DNA from: Paraspadella gotoi
Lineage: Eukaryota > Animalia > Chaetognatha
Assembly: GCA_051294375.1 (NCBI GenBank)
Contig: CM119271.1
Coordinates: 6,883,632 to 6,947,631 of the forward strand
DNA: 64,000 bases
Direction of reading: 5' to 3'
Part shown: in pieces, positions 34,866 to 48,200 of the stretch
How the letters are laid out: the number at the start of each line of letters is the position of its first letter
Numbering within the stretch: the first letter of the stretch is position 1
Position numbers and translations under genes: made by a program
Notes under the pieces: generated by a model
The model's input: the letters and a program-made list of their open reading frames with translations, nothing else
What the model was told of the DNA's origin: nothing
Database searches by the model: none

Positions 34866-37155
34866 TTATTTTTTTCCTGATGCAGCTGCAGCCATTGCGA
34901 GTTTCTTGGCTTTTACCATTTCTGCCAATTCCTTGTAGCGTTTCATACATTCTTTTTTAGATCGAGAGGGCACACATAAGGAAATCTTCTCCCACCTGAG
35001 TCGAAATATAAACAAAACTTAATTCAAGCTATGGCTTAGTAAACTTCTACATCTTTTAAAACCATCACCTCTCTGCGCCAACAGAAGCAGGATAAGTTTT
35101 CAAGGCTTGCTCAAGCAGTTGCTGTTCTTCCGCCGACCATGGATTAGGATTGTCTCCAGTGACTTCGTACCTGTATAAAAATAATTTTATGAACACGCTC
35201 AGTCGGCGATGCAATGGTGTCGAAGATACGAACCTTTGCGTTCCTGCTTGATTTTCAACCCTCTTCTCTTCTGAAGCCTTCTTGCTCTCGTTGCTTTTGG
35301 AACCAGCGGAAAATGTTTGAAAGGCGTTCTTGTTGGCTTCAGTTTTAAGGACCGCGTCCATTTTCTGCAAAGCCTTGGCCTTGTGAAGGACTTCTTTAGC
35401 GCTACGTAAAGACGAACCAGAATCGTGTTGAGCGATAAAAGAGGCGATAACGTCCCAGCGATTGGCAGTTCCAGCGGGAAACATGTTTACGCCCTTTACG
35501 AGCAACTGCGTTTCGTGCTCACTCCAGCCACGGTCGTCGCTGTTTGAGGAGGTCGACGCCGCGGCAGTGCTGGCGGCCCTCTATGTCAGAAAAAAAATAA
35601 TTTCTAGGATCGACATTCTAATTCGCTGTTAAGTAAGAAAACTGATCAAACAAACCTGCGCGGCCGTGATCCCTTCCAATTTTTCTCTTTCCAGCTTCTG
35701 TCCGACCTCCGCGAGTTTAGCGTTAAACGCGGCGGCCGGGTCGCCATCTCCGTTCAAATCGTCGTTAAGTTTCTTGAGGTCGTTCAAATCCAGAGTCTCC
35801 AATAATCTCTCTAACTCAGTCATGTTACCTAGCTTCTGCTGATCATCGTTCGCGTAATAGTCGTTGTCTTTAGCCATCGCACGAAGTTTATTTTTTTCCT
35901 TCTTTAGCGCCTTTTTGTACATCTCTTTTTCTTTTTTTTCCGCCTCGGCCTTCGCCCGCCTTTCGCCCTCTTCCTTTTCCCTCTTCAACCTGGCCTCCTC
36001 CTCGGCTTCTTTTCTTTTTCGCTCCTCCTCGTCAAACCTGGCCCTCCTCTCCGCCTTCTTCGCCTCCTTTTCCGCCTCCTTCCTTCTCTTCTCCTCCTCT
36101 TTGTATTTTTTGATCCGCGGGTCGTTCTCGTAGGCGGATTCGACGAGACGTCTCAGCCGTGTCATTTCCTCTTTCTTCTTCTCCTTCCGCTGCGACTTGT
36201 TCTGCAATTCTATCCAACGACGCTCCTCGCGGTTCTCTCCCTTTTCTTTCTCCTCTTCGTCGAGGTAAGAGAATTCTCGCCAAGAGTCGAATTCGAACCA
36301 AAAGCGGTAGAACCTGTCCACCTCGTCGAAGTTGGCTTCGGGTGCGCCCAGACGGGGAACGGGTTGTCGCGTCGACCAGCGGGCATTGCGATCGAAGGCA
36401 TCGCTGAAGACGCTAAAGAATTCTTCGCTTTCGGCGTTATATTTCTCCGGAATTTCATCGTCGAACTTGGGATCTACTGAGTCGTAGCTTCGACGCTTGG
36501 CGGGAACGCCTAGTACCTCGAAGGCGCGAGTAATGCACGTGAAGTAATCATTCTCTTCGTCTTTGACCGCGAGGCCTGCGTGACGACGCTTGTCTGGATG
36601 ATGCTTCAGAACCTTCCGTTTATAGGCGCGCTTGACGTCTTCTTCTGTCGCACGGAAACGTAAATTCTTTAGGCCTAAAACGGTGTAATGATCTTGATTT
36701 TTCCATTCCTTTGGATCGAGGGAGTGCAAGTAATCGAGGTCCTCGTCGTCCTGAGGGACTGAGTCGCTCTCGACGAGGCTCTCTTCAGAAGAACTAGAAA
36801 TGAACAATATCCCGTGAAAAAAAAATATTTCTGAAAAATTGCAAGATTACTCGTTTTACTTTATTATACTAAATTGGATTAAATTTAAAAATAATGTAAA
36901 AAATTAATATATTTTACTATATATTAGATTTAATTATATTAAGTTTTCAATTTATTATCATTTTTTTTAATAATTTTACCTCGAGGAAAGGAGTCCGGTT
37001 GAACCCGATGACAAAGTCTGTCGCTGCTTTTTCCTTAAGCAGTAAGTCTCGAACCATTTCCCGGCAGGTTCAAACTTGGCAGTAATCGGCGCACTGAGTT
37101 TTTTTAGGATAGCGGTGCCGTACTCGGGGCATCCGCCGTCAATTAACATTGTCAT
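34866..37155 (-). CDS. DNAJC2: DnaJ homolog subfamily C member 2 (MPP11/zuotin-related), multi-exon
   Basis: [22 protein letters not shown]-domain [24 protein letters not shown], two SANT domains ([16 protein letters not shown]; [17 protein letters not shown]). Confidence 0.96.
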
Positions 37156-40100
37156 CTGCCGAAATTTTAATTTATAAATAAAAAAAAATCATAAGAAAGA
37201 GAGTTTTACAAATTAAGGACAGACTAGACTTCGAAACAGCTTTCTCTGCTATCAATATGATGCAAGGAGAAAGGCGGACCAAGACTTGGTCAAAAATGTA
37301 GAATGAAATTTCAAGAGCAATGATTTTTAAATAAATTTCATCCTAAAGGAGAAGCGCGTGGCCCGTGTATTCTTTCAATAATTTCAATACCTGACAATGT
37401 CATAACTTTACCGAATTAACCCTAGCCTAGGTGTAGGAGAACTAAACCGAGCCATTCAATTATAATATTTTGATTTATTAGTGCTCTCTACCAGGTTTTT
37501 TAATTAAAATAAATCCAGAAATCTCAATGCAAATAGGCAAAATGCAGTTAGGAAAAAAAAGCAATTAATTTGTTTATCAAAAATGAACAAAATTGAAAGA
37601 AATCGCGAGTTTTCCTCGCCAAGAAAACTTGAATGAAGTAAAGAAAACTAACGATAACTGGGTTATACAGTTGAACGCAGACATTTTCAAAATCAGGCTT
37701 TCGGAGACACGAACAAGAGAATTTTCCGAATGTCCTTGTCAAAAAAACTTTGAAAATAAAACAGTATACAGTTGGAAAAAAATGGTAAAATGTGATAAAG
37801 TAAGAAATTGTAAAATGTTGGTGAGCCCACCTTTGGCAGAGGACCGGATCGGAGAGGACGAGGATAAACCCGGGGAAAAAGAATGAGACGAGGAAGAGAA
37901 ATAAATAGAGTTAAAGTTATCGGGAAGAAGAGAGTTTGGAGAGACATCTCTCTCTCTCTCTCTGACTCTGACTCTGTCTCCCTCTTTCTTTTTCTCTCTC
38001 TCGTCGTCTGGATCAACGAACCACTCCCGATTACCGAATCCCAAAGTCGACTCCCATCTGCAAATGGCGGCGTCCTACCTCGGCCAACAACTTACCTATT
38101 ACCGCTTGTCAATCGTCTATATAAAAAAACAAACGATATAATTCATTAACTGAGTCTATAAACAACGATCCATAGAAACGCGTATTATGGGTCACGACCA
38201 ATAAGTTGAATAACCTAATTTGTTTATAGCAAATTATTTTTCCTATTAATGTTATAATCTCTAATGGTTTATTTTTACTAATTTTTATTTCTAACATTCT
38301 GGTATTAGTAAAGAATGTCTTTTTTTTCTTTTTAGGTACCTAATTAGTACAACCAAAATAATTATTCAATGAACCACCTTTGCCTATGCCATAGGCTAGG
38401 CTATGGTGCGTTAAGCCTCCATCCATGCAGTATATATTTTTTGCATTTTTTCAATGTTGAAATTCTGTATGTTATCCTGGGTGGAGGAGGGGGTTCTTTC
38501 ACCTATGTATTGACAATTTAGATTTGGGTTACATGTTCCTTGTATAGATGGATAATTTAGTTAATTTTAGCCTGTAAGGTTACACGAATTCACTGAAACA
38601 TGCATTATCTATTTGTTTTCCAAATTAATAATTATATATGTTTTTTTCTTTCTTTTTTTTTTTTCTCTTCAACGCTGAAAATCTACTTTTTCATCAAGCT
38701 TTAATGCAATAATTGATTGAAATTTTTTATTTTAATTTTATTTTCTGATAATGAGTAAGTACTATCCTGAAAGTGATGTTCATGTAACTACTCTCCTCGT
38801 GTTTGGTCCCGCTAAAACGCTTCTTAGAGAATAGAGAATAACAATAAATAAGATTCCAAAATCCGCTCATCACCAGTTCGTCCGAATCGCTTTACTAGTA
38901 TTACATAGTTATATTCTTTTAAAAAAGTTTTTTTTAATTTTTTATTGAAAATTAGGATTAATAATGTTACCGAATAGAAGAACCATTGTACTGCAAAATC
39001 TTCAATGCAGGTAAATACATTTCTTAACTCATTTTCTTCCCAGAAACAATTTATAAACTGGCTTGCATGCTAATTAATTTTCTGTTCTGTAAAATATTTA
39101 GTGGAATCGGAATCAAAAAAAAATATTTTTTAGTGGGTTTAGTATTAATAAAATGTAAATTTAGTATTACTATTGAAAAAAAAAACCTAGTTGCTGACTG
39201 CTGGAGACTATTTTTTGAGGTTGGCGATGACTTTTGCTAAAAACAAAAATTGTTTTTATCAAAAATTTTTTTTTACTCTGTTTAAAAATTTGTTATTGAA
39301 ACCCTTCTTCACCTCAAATATGTGTCTCATTCAGTCATTGATGTTATTTACTGTAATCTTTATCTGCATGCAGCTTTATTCCTCTCTCAGATGAAATTGT
39401 ACGAAACTTCGCCACTTGATTAGTTTTTATACTTTTGTGATATTTTAAGAAATTTTGTCATGTAAAGGGCACCTTTACTTTGGTGTCGGAGGTCTCGGAA
39501 GAAAGTGTGGGAAAATATTTTTTTCTGACCACAAGCCTGAAATATTAAATACGTTTGTATGTTGTGCGAGAATATTGCTCCTTTCTACACCGGCGGAGAA
39601 CATTGCCTGCTGTAAAGAATTGAAGTACTTCGTCCAAGCGTTTTGACAGAAGCGACTCGAGGGGATAGTTTCTTGAAAATTCTCTTTTCTTGAAGACGGA
39701 CAATCGGATTTGAAAACATTGGATAGGTCTTTGAGATGCAAAAATTCGAGACATGATTGATTAATCAATTTAATGCGTTATTCTCCTCTTCTTAAAAACC
39801 TACACATTTAAGCTGTCTAGAAGACTAGCAATTACTTATTCTGGGTGAGGTATTCTGGTATCCTTATCAGACCACCATGCCAAATTGCTAATTAATAAAA
39901 GTAAATAAATGATAATGTTAAGAGCTTGGTATAGTGCTCAGATGATACCCCGTGAGCCAAATCAACTGATACAAAAGAAAAATTGATTACATGTTAACTA
40001 TACTGTATACACCAATAAATAAAATTTATGATATCATTAAATCAAAAAATCATTGATGTTTTTAAAATGTCCAAAACCTTAAAAAAAGGTTTAAAACTTT

Positions 40101-40337
40101 CTTTAAATGGTTTCCAAACAAGTAAAAAAAATTTTTCATGGTTTGAAAAAATTATTCTTCGAGCAAATAAATTTATCTAAAAGCACTTTTGGCTAAATTT
40201 TATTTTCGCTCAACGCGGTTTTGGCGGCTTTTGCAAAACCACTTAAAAATATTTATTTAAAAAAAAAAAATCACCTAATTACCTTAACCCTAAACCCTTT
40301 TAACTCTAACCACTAGAGCGTAGTGAAAGTTTCATAC

Positions 40338-40566
40338 TATGGTGGACTAAAATCCACCAACCGTTCATCAGCGGCCATTGGCGCCGGAGGCAAGTCATTC
40401 GCTTCCAAACCCAAAGGTCCGGGGTTCTTGCCCGGTGGTCGCCTAGCAGTTAAGAGGGACGGGGCGCTTAATCCGCCTGTAACACGGTGTTACAGCCTGA
40501 TCCAAAGCTCAGGGACTGCTTATATTGAACAGTTCTGTCACTAACACATAACAATAATAACTGTCT
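40338..40566 (+). mobile_element. tRNA-derived SINE-like repeat, copy 1
   Basis: tRNA-like head 40371..40442 (gcggcca...tggtcgc acceptor stem, A-box-like tggcgccggagg, B-box-like ggttcttgccc), then a shared body and an AC/AT-rich tail. Three copies in the window. Confidence 0.7.
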
Positions 40567-40756
40567 CATCATTGGTGAGGCCGACTTCCAAGCACAATAG
40601 CAACAACAACACTTTCAGGCAACATGCCTCAACCTGGCGATGCACTTTCCGCCAACAACACATCAGGCGACATGCCTCAACTTGGTGATGAACTTTCCAC
40701 CAACAAAAATTCACTGAACAGACACTACAGACTTCTCCTTACGGGAGGGGAGGATG

Positions 40757-40946
40757 TATGGTGGACTAAAATCCACCAACTTGCCGGAGGCAAGTCATTC
40801 GCCTCCCAAGGTCCGGGTTTCTAGCCGGTGGTCGCCTAGCAGTTGAGGGACGGGTCGCTTAACCCGCCTGTTACAGCCTGATCCGAAGCTCAGGGACTGC
40901 TTATATTGAACGGTTCTGTCACTAACACATAACAATAATAACTGTC
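40757..40946 (+). mobile_element. tRNA-derived SINE-like repeat, copy 2 (internal deletions)
   Basis: Direct repeat of 40338..40566. Confidence 0.7.
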
Positions 40947-42084
40947 TTTTCAATACGAAAATTCTAAATGTCAATTATGAACAACATACCATCAGTGAAC
41001 ATTAATTTGTAAAAAAAATTAATTTTATATTCTTCAATTTTTGCAGTAGACTATATTTATATATAGTACTATCCTTATAAAATCGAAAATTTTCAAATTA
41101 GACTTTTCTTAATTTTGATTGCAGATTTGAATTCCTTGTCAAAAGTTTATAAAAGAAAAAATAAATCATTTTTAAAAATTATTCCATTAATTGGGTTAAA
41201 AATTAAAAAAACTATATTTAAAATATAAAATTTTAATTTTTAGCATAAAATATAGGTTTTTTATATTTGATCAACTAAAAAAAAGTTAGATTTCTTTATA
41301 TCAACTTTTTATGATGAATCCAAATCTTAAAAAAAATCTTACAAAAAACTATTTTGAAATTTTAACATTTATTGGATTAGTACTAGTATAAATATGGCCT
41401 ACTGCGTAAATTTTAAAATTTATTATAAAATTTTTTTATACATAAATGTTCATTAGTATATTGTTGTTCGTTCCTCACTTTTAGAATTTTAATTAAAGTT
41501 AAATTTATAATTTTTACTACGCTTTACTAACCACCCCTAACCCATGAGGGCAAAAAATGGTCAAAATTTTTTTTCAAATTTTTTTTTTTTTTTGTTTTGA
41601 ACAGTTGCACAGACGTTTATTCTTCCACAAAAACGTATTTATTACCTCAAAAATATTCATTTACCATAATTTTTAGCTTCATGAACATCATAAGTTAGTC
41701 AGATTTAGAATAATTTGTGAAAATTGGAAGTAAAACGATGAACCATGCATCTTCAACCATGCTTAATTATTGCTAATTTATCAATTTTAGTTCTAAAATG
41801 TTTTTTTCTTATGTTTAAAACGTCAATGCACCTGATGCCACTAAAAATTTAAAAAAATGCAAAAAAATTTTTTTATTATTTTCTGGCCCCCCAGGGGTCC
41901 ACCCCCAGGGCCCTGTATCTCTTGTCAGGGGTTGAATATCAAAATTCGCCTCGATAGTTACATTTATATTGTCATTGTAATTCGATTGGGTAGTTTGGTG
42001 GGAACAGATTCTGGTCACAAAAAAGGGGTACCACATTTTATAATATGAAGCCTTTTGTATTTATCATTCATAATTTTTTATAAT

Positions 42085-42780
42085 ATGTACGACGCCGAGC
42101 TTGAGCACGTCAAAAGAGCCTTGGCGCTCAATAATTACCCTCTGTGGGCTTTCGAGAAGGCAAGGTATCGGCAGAAACCGGCTGAGGGTAGCGTCCAGCA
42201 GGGGGCTACCCAAGTAACTGCTGACGCTGATCCATCTTCTGCTCCCCAGGGGGATGGTTGGGATCTTGCTGCTGAAATGCCTACCGCGCCCACCACAGCG
42301 TAAATGGAAGATAAGCAGAAGCGTCCTTGGAACATGGGCCACTTGTCCCTCCCCTACCACCAGGGGATCACCGAGTCATTGGTGCGGGACTTCGGGTGCT
42401 AACAAAGCAGGGGATCTCCATCTCAGTGACGGCCCGCGGCTCCCTCCGTGAGCAATTGGTGAAACCGAAAGATAAAATCCCCAGACCAAAAACTTCAGGA
42501 GCCGTCTATTGGGTGGCCTGCGCAGAGGCGGGCAGCTAACCCTGTGCAGCAGCATATGTGGGCGAGACAGGTAAGTCTCTCTCGCATCGATTCCAGTAGC
42601 ACTTAAGACCCTACAGAGACGTACGTGGGTATATCATGTCCGCCATAGCCGAGCACGCAACTCTCAGTGGTCATCGATTCAGAGAGGAAGACTGTCTCTT
42701 GCTGTCCCATGACCCAAACTGGTTTTCAAGAGGTATTAGAGAGGCGATTTATATCAAAGCCCTCGAGCCCTCTTATCAAA
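42085..42780 (+). mobile_element. Decayed Penelope-like retroelement fragment (RT C-terminus plus GIY-YIG endonuclease)
   Basis: ELEHVKRALALNNYP; LSLPYHQGITESL; LVKPKDKIP..KTSGAVYWVAC....C.AAYVGETGKSLSHRF.*H; SAIAEHA...GH.F; R.IREAIYIK..EPS. Contains in-frame stops and frameshifts. Confidence 0.88.
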
Positions 42781-43079
42781 ACAGTGATGGAACGCCCCAC
42801 ACCACCACAACCGCACAATGACTCCCCCGTTCCTACTCAACGAGCCAGGCGGAGACCTTTGGTCAATCGATGGGCACCTGACACTCGCACACCTCCGAAT
42901 CTCCGCCAGCAAGTCTGAGGCCTCAGCGTCGTCCCAAACGACGGCTGCAGAAGGATGAAGAGGACTCCACCATCCCTGTCAATAAAATGTCAAGAGTCGA
43001 CACCCGCGGCTGTCCATCTTCTCTCTCTCTTTTTTCTCTTTTTTTTTTTCCTCACTCATGCACGCTTGTTTTATTTATG

Positions 43080-43167
43080 ATGAATGATATATCGCATCAA
43101 TAAATGATTATCATCGTATCAATAAACGATTATCATCGTATCAATGAATGATTATCATTGCATCAAT
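43080..43167. repeat. 22-bp minisatellite, about 4 copies
   Basis: Unit atcgtatcaataaatgattatc repeated with few substitutions. Confidence 0.8.
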
Positions 43168-45263
43168 CATTTGGTTATTGGCTGCCATAAGTTGGCTCAT
43201 TCCTTATTATCCTAACTTGTATTCAAACCTCTTCACACCATTGAATTAAGCTCTAGGCATTGCAGTGCTTTTCAAACCGGTTATTTCTATTGAGTAGTAC
43301 CAGTAATAACAAATCAATTTTTCATTTGCTTAAGCTATGACTTTTTTTAGTGATGCTGCACTTTACCTACTTATATTTTGCTTATAAAATTTTATTTGGA
43401 ATTATTAATAATTATTTTTCTTTTACGGCTACCTCTTTAATTTTATTTTATGGTTTTATAAGTTAATACTTATTCTTTAACTTTCTTTTTTATTTAAGAT
43501 TAAATTTGAAATTTAACGTTCATCAATTCAATCTCCTTAGTAATTTTAGGGCATGAAAAAATGTTTAATTAATATAGTTTTCTTTTATTTTTATATTTTG
43601 TATTTCTCTAAGGACTCATGTCAACCAGCTATATCTAAACTTTTAAAATGGGGAAAATACTCGATCTCGTCCATAGCGTTATCCCCTTTAATTCAATTAC
43701 GGCGACATGAATGAGAATAAAGCAATGTTTCTTCCTAAAACAATCCATCAGTTTGACATCCGTAATATAAGTGAACGCAGAGGCTGGTAATAAAACAATA
43801 ATTTGATAGAAGGAAACTCGGAAAACTGAGGACGGATTGACAAATTTTAAGGTCTTCGAGCTTCATTGTTTTCAACTTTTTTTTTGGCGAATCCTACGCC
43901 GACGAATTTTAATATTGAAAGTAGGAGCCTTTTCACTTTTTCGGCAAAATAAAGAGCCGATGAGAACCACATTGAGGACGAGGGGGAGATTTAATTAAAA
44001 GGAGATGAGTTTTTAGTAAAGTTTATGAGTTGAAAAACTAGGTGGAAATTACTTTTAACTAAAAGAATGAATTGACTTTTGAATTCAAGAACAACAGTTT
44101 CCTCTTCCTAAAAAAAAATTTTCGTTTCTAATTGTTTTCAATTTACCAATTCTTTCACTCTTCAACTTCACGGCTAAAGTTGGGGATGATGAAAGATTTA
44201 AGCATCGAATAGCCAGCGAAAACCAATTAGGATCGTTTTTCTACGCTTGACGTTACGATTCAAACGATTTTCTTTTCTTTCGACTTAGTTACACTCGCAT
44301 TTAGCTTTAATAACTCCTAGCGGCCGGTTTACCTGCGATTTAAATCGCGACTAATTTCGTTTCGTCCAATACGATTTTTTCTATCCGATATTTTTTTGAA
44401 TTTTTTGCTTCTGGGCTTGAAAAATGCGGGTCTTCACTGTGCGGGTACCCTATCTTTCTTTAATCGCTTATATATTTTATTCTTAACCTTTTTTTAAAAA
44501 ATCTTTCTTGAATTCTAAAAATTCGGTAGTTCGTAATTGTTTTATTAATTGGATTATCTATGTAAAAACTCATTTGATAAACTCCGTTTGACACCGAAGA
44601 ATCAAAAAAATTTGAATGGGAATGTAATTTAACTGGAAAAAAAAAGTTTTTTTCCGACTGGCAAAATCTTTGCAACTCCTGTCTTCCTGGTTGGACTTAA
44701 TGAGTTAATTGGACTTTAAACTCCACCCATCCTCTCGAATCAACGCCACTCGGTGTAGACACGCTTTGTGGAATCCGTTCAACACTCAGTGTATAATTTT
44801 GTTGACCGGGATTTCTGTCCGGTCATGCTCGTTCTTAATTTAAATTAGTTCTTTTTTTTTACTCACAGAAAAATGAAGATTTTTTCGAAACGGCAGCAAC
44901 GAATTTAACCGAAAAACCAATTAGACTGCATTATTTTTCAACCTCAGTTCGTCAATTAAGGGAATGCTTACTTTTGTTTACCGTAAAAAAACTGAAGGAA
45001 AATGATAACCGTCTCTGCTCCATCGTACATTTACGGCATCTTAGTTCATTCTACGAGAAAAACCTTCATTGCGTCTTCCTGTCACTAATGCCGGCAGTTT
45101 CTCGAGATTTTGGACATGCCAATAATTTTGCTTTAAAAAGTAAACAAACATTTCAAAGTTGAGGTGATATTAAAAAAAAAAGCTGAATATTCAAAATGAA
45201 ACGATAAATAACGCTTAACATTCCTTTTTACTTTAGTTTCATCGTTTGTGCCTTTTGTTGAAC

Positions 45264-48200
45264 ATGGGAGGACCGGAGGACAATCAAAATGTCAATTGTA
45301 TGGACAGCATTGTAAGGAGGTGCCGGTATTGTTGCACCAGGCAGGAGGAGATCGATCAGAGGGTATGGTAATTAATAATGTCCTTTAGGAAAGTGCATAG
45401 TTTATTTACATTGTTCCCATTTTTAATTTTATCCAGATTCAATCCGATCTGATCGATAGACGACTAAAAGCGGAAAAAAGGGAATTAAAACGGATGGTCA
45501 AGATCCTTCTTCTTGGCGCGGGTGAATCAGGGAAATCTACCTTCTTAAAGCAAATGCGAATCATTCACGGCTCGGATTACAAGGTTGGTTAGTAACCTGG
45601 TTACTGTAACTGTACCTAATAATAGCTCATTCTCATTGAAAAATTATCTGTCTATAATAAAGTTGATTACTAGAAAATTTTTGAAAAATGGTAATTGAAA
45701 TTGAAAAATTTTGAATTTCTGTGGTATTTAGTTCTTGCGATTTTTATTCAAAAGAAATTAAAATATCTATAAATATCTATCCAAACTTCTGTATCTTGTT
45801 TTAGGAAGGGGACCGGTTGGAGTATCGTGGAATTATATATCAAAATATTGTCAAAGGAATGAAAGTTCTCATCGATGCGAAGTCAAAATTGGGTGAGAAT
45901 CTTCTGTGAAAAAACGTGTTTATTATTAACGAGTTTTATTACTCTTAACCACTTATCATATATTTCCTGCAGATATTCCATGGGAAAAACCAGAAAATGC
46001 TAGTCATGCCAACATAGTTTTCAGTTATCATGCTGAAGTACCTTTGGACAATAACGTCTATTTACAGTACCTCCCTTCTATCAGAGAATTGTGGAGAGAC
46101 AAAGGTAATCTTATGATAGTTAAGTTTGATTTGGTCTTTTCATGCCAATAATATAAAAGAAAACAAATTATTTCTGGAAGTAACATAATATTTATTTTTA
46201 AAATAAGCACTGATCTTCAGAGACTTCTGTCTCCCTAAAGGTGCATAAAAGTTGTGAGAGTGAGGAGAATGGATTTTCAGCCAAATGGAAGAGTAGAAAC
46301 CTTACCTAAAACTGTTTTGTAAATTTTGTGTCTCATTTTGTTATGAACCTTTTAGGGAGACAGAAGTCTCTGAAGATCAGTGCTTATTTTAAAAATAAAT
46401 ATTATGTTACTTTCAGATATAATTTGTTTTCTTTTATATTATTGGCATGAAAAAACCAAATCAAACTATTAACTACTAAATCTTCTGCCAAAATCAAGAC
46501 TCTGAAACAAATAGTAATCTTATGATATTATTTTTTTGTTATGCATTACTATTTATAGTTCTGGAATAAATATTTTTTGGTCCGATCTTCAAAAGAAAAT
46601 AAACATATAAGCTTTTTAGATTTTGTATAATTAATCTTCCAGCGTATCTAATTTTTATTCGAAGTCTTGTAGCTACAACTTAGAGAGCAGGAATTAGTGT
46701 TTGTTTTATTTCTTAAAATTTTCATGGTATACATGTGTTAGAGCACTTTCTTAAAATAGACCAATAATACAATTACAAAAATTTTACCTTAAGGCATACG
46801 CGATGCCTTCGATCGTCGACGTGAATATCAACTGGGAGATTCTATCAAATATTTCCTTGATAACCTGGACAAAACGAATCGTCGGGACTACCTTCCTGAC
46901 CGCAGTGATATTCTCCATGCTCGCAAAGCGACAAAAGGCATCGTGGAAAACAAAATCGAGATTGACAGTAAGTTCTCTGGATATTTCAATATATTTTACA
47001 TTAACCCCTTTGCAAATCTAAGCTTTTTTTTTGTTACTGATCTATTTTTATAGCTATTCCATTTCTGTTTGTTGATGTTGGAGGACAAAGATCACAGAGA
47101 GAAAAATGGTTCCAATGCTTTGAAGGTGTTACTTCCATACTGTTCCTCACTTCGTCGTCTGAATTCGATCAAGTACTCTTAGAAGTAAGTAATATGATGC
47201 CAAAAAAAATTCTTGGTTGATGCTTAAAAATTTAATATTATTGACAGGATCGCCGGACTAATCGTTTGGTCGAGTCGCTCAATATATTTGAAGTCATTGT
47301 CAACAACAAAGCCTTCACAAGTGTTAGCATTATTCTTTTCCTTAACAAGTTCGATCTCTTGCAGGAAAAAATCAAAAGGTTTGTAATTTGTGTGCAACTC
47401 TATATATTAATATAATAATAATAATTACCACTCTAGTAAATTCTATTAAATTTTTTTAACATTAAATCTTCTCTGTCTGACTTAATGTACTGCATAGTCA
47501 TAGAACCCAATAGAAATGAGTAAGTTTGGAAAAAAGCGGATTTTTTTGGGGGTTAAATTAAGATTCGTACTTTTACGTTGTATTGGTATTTAGAACTTTC
47601 CCTAATTACGTATTGAGGATAAGAAAAGGAAGAAAAGTTAATTTAAAAAAAATAAAAAATTCCCTTAAACTTATGTAGCAATCTATAATTAATAACCCAG
47701 ATACTGGGTTTAATCTACCATGAACTTATTTGTTAACTAACTTTAATTATTGCCTAAGAATTTTTCATGGCAGTGCGTGATGCGTATGAAAAACTTCGTA
47801 CTATGAAAGTATGGTGGATTAAAACCCACCACCCTTTCATCAGCGGCCATTGGTGCCTACCAACCCAAAAATCCGGTGTTCTTGCCCGGTCGCCGCCTCG
47901 CAATTAATAGGGACAGGGCGCATAACCCGCCTGTGACACTGTGACAGCCTGATCCGAAGATCAGGGACTGCTTATATTGAACTAACTAACAACAATTATT
48001 TTTTTCTCTTCAAAAGACTGTATTTTATAGTTAACTTTTTCTCCCCCCCATTTTTTAAGGTCCAACATAAAGCATTGGTTTCCGAGTTTTGAAGGAAATC
48101 CAGAAAATATTGATGATGTTAAAAGCTTTTTGCTTTCACAATTTCATGGTCGGAAACGTGAAGACTCTCGGCTTCTTTTTCACCATTTTACAACTGGTAA

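Noticed and set aside
37548-39980. Short ORFs and splice-like sites upstream of DNAJC2
   Set aside because: I could not assemble a consistent reading frame or recognise a family. It may hold the promoter or 5' non-coding exons, or a divergent gene that I cannot resolve.
40371-40442. Functional tRNA gene
   Set aside because: T-loop and anticodon stem are degenerate, and the sequence is embedded in a thrice-repeated longer unit, so it is called as a SINE head.
43080-43167. CRISPR-like array
   Set aside because: Contiguous tandem units with no unique spacers, in a eukaryotic context with no cas genes.
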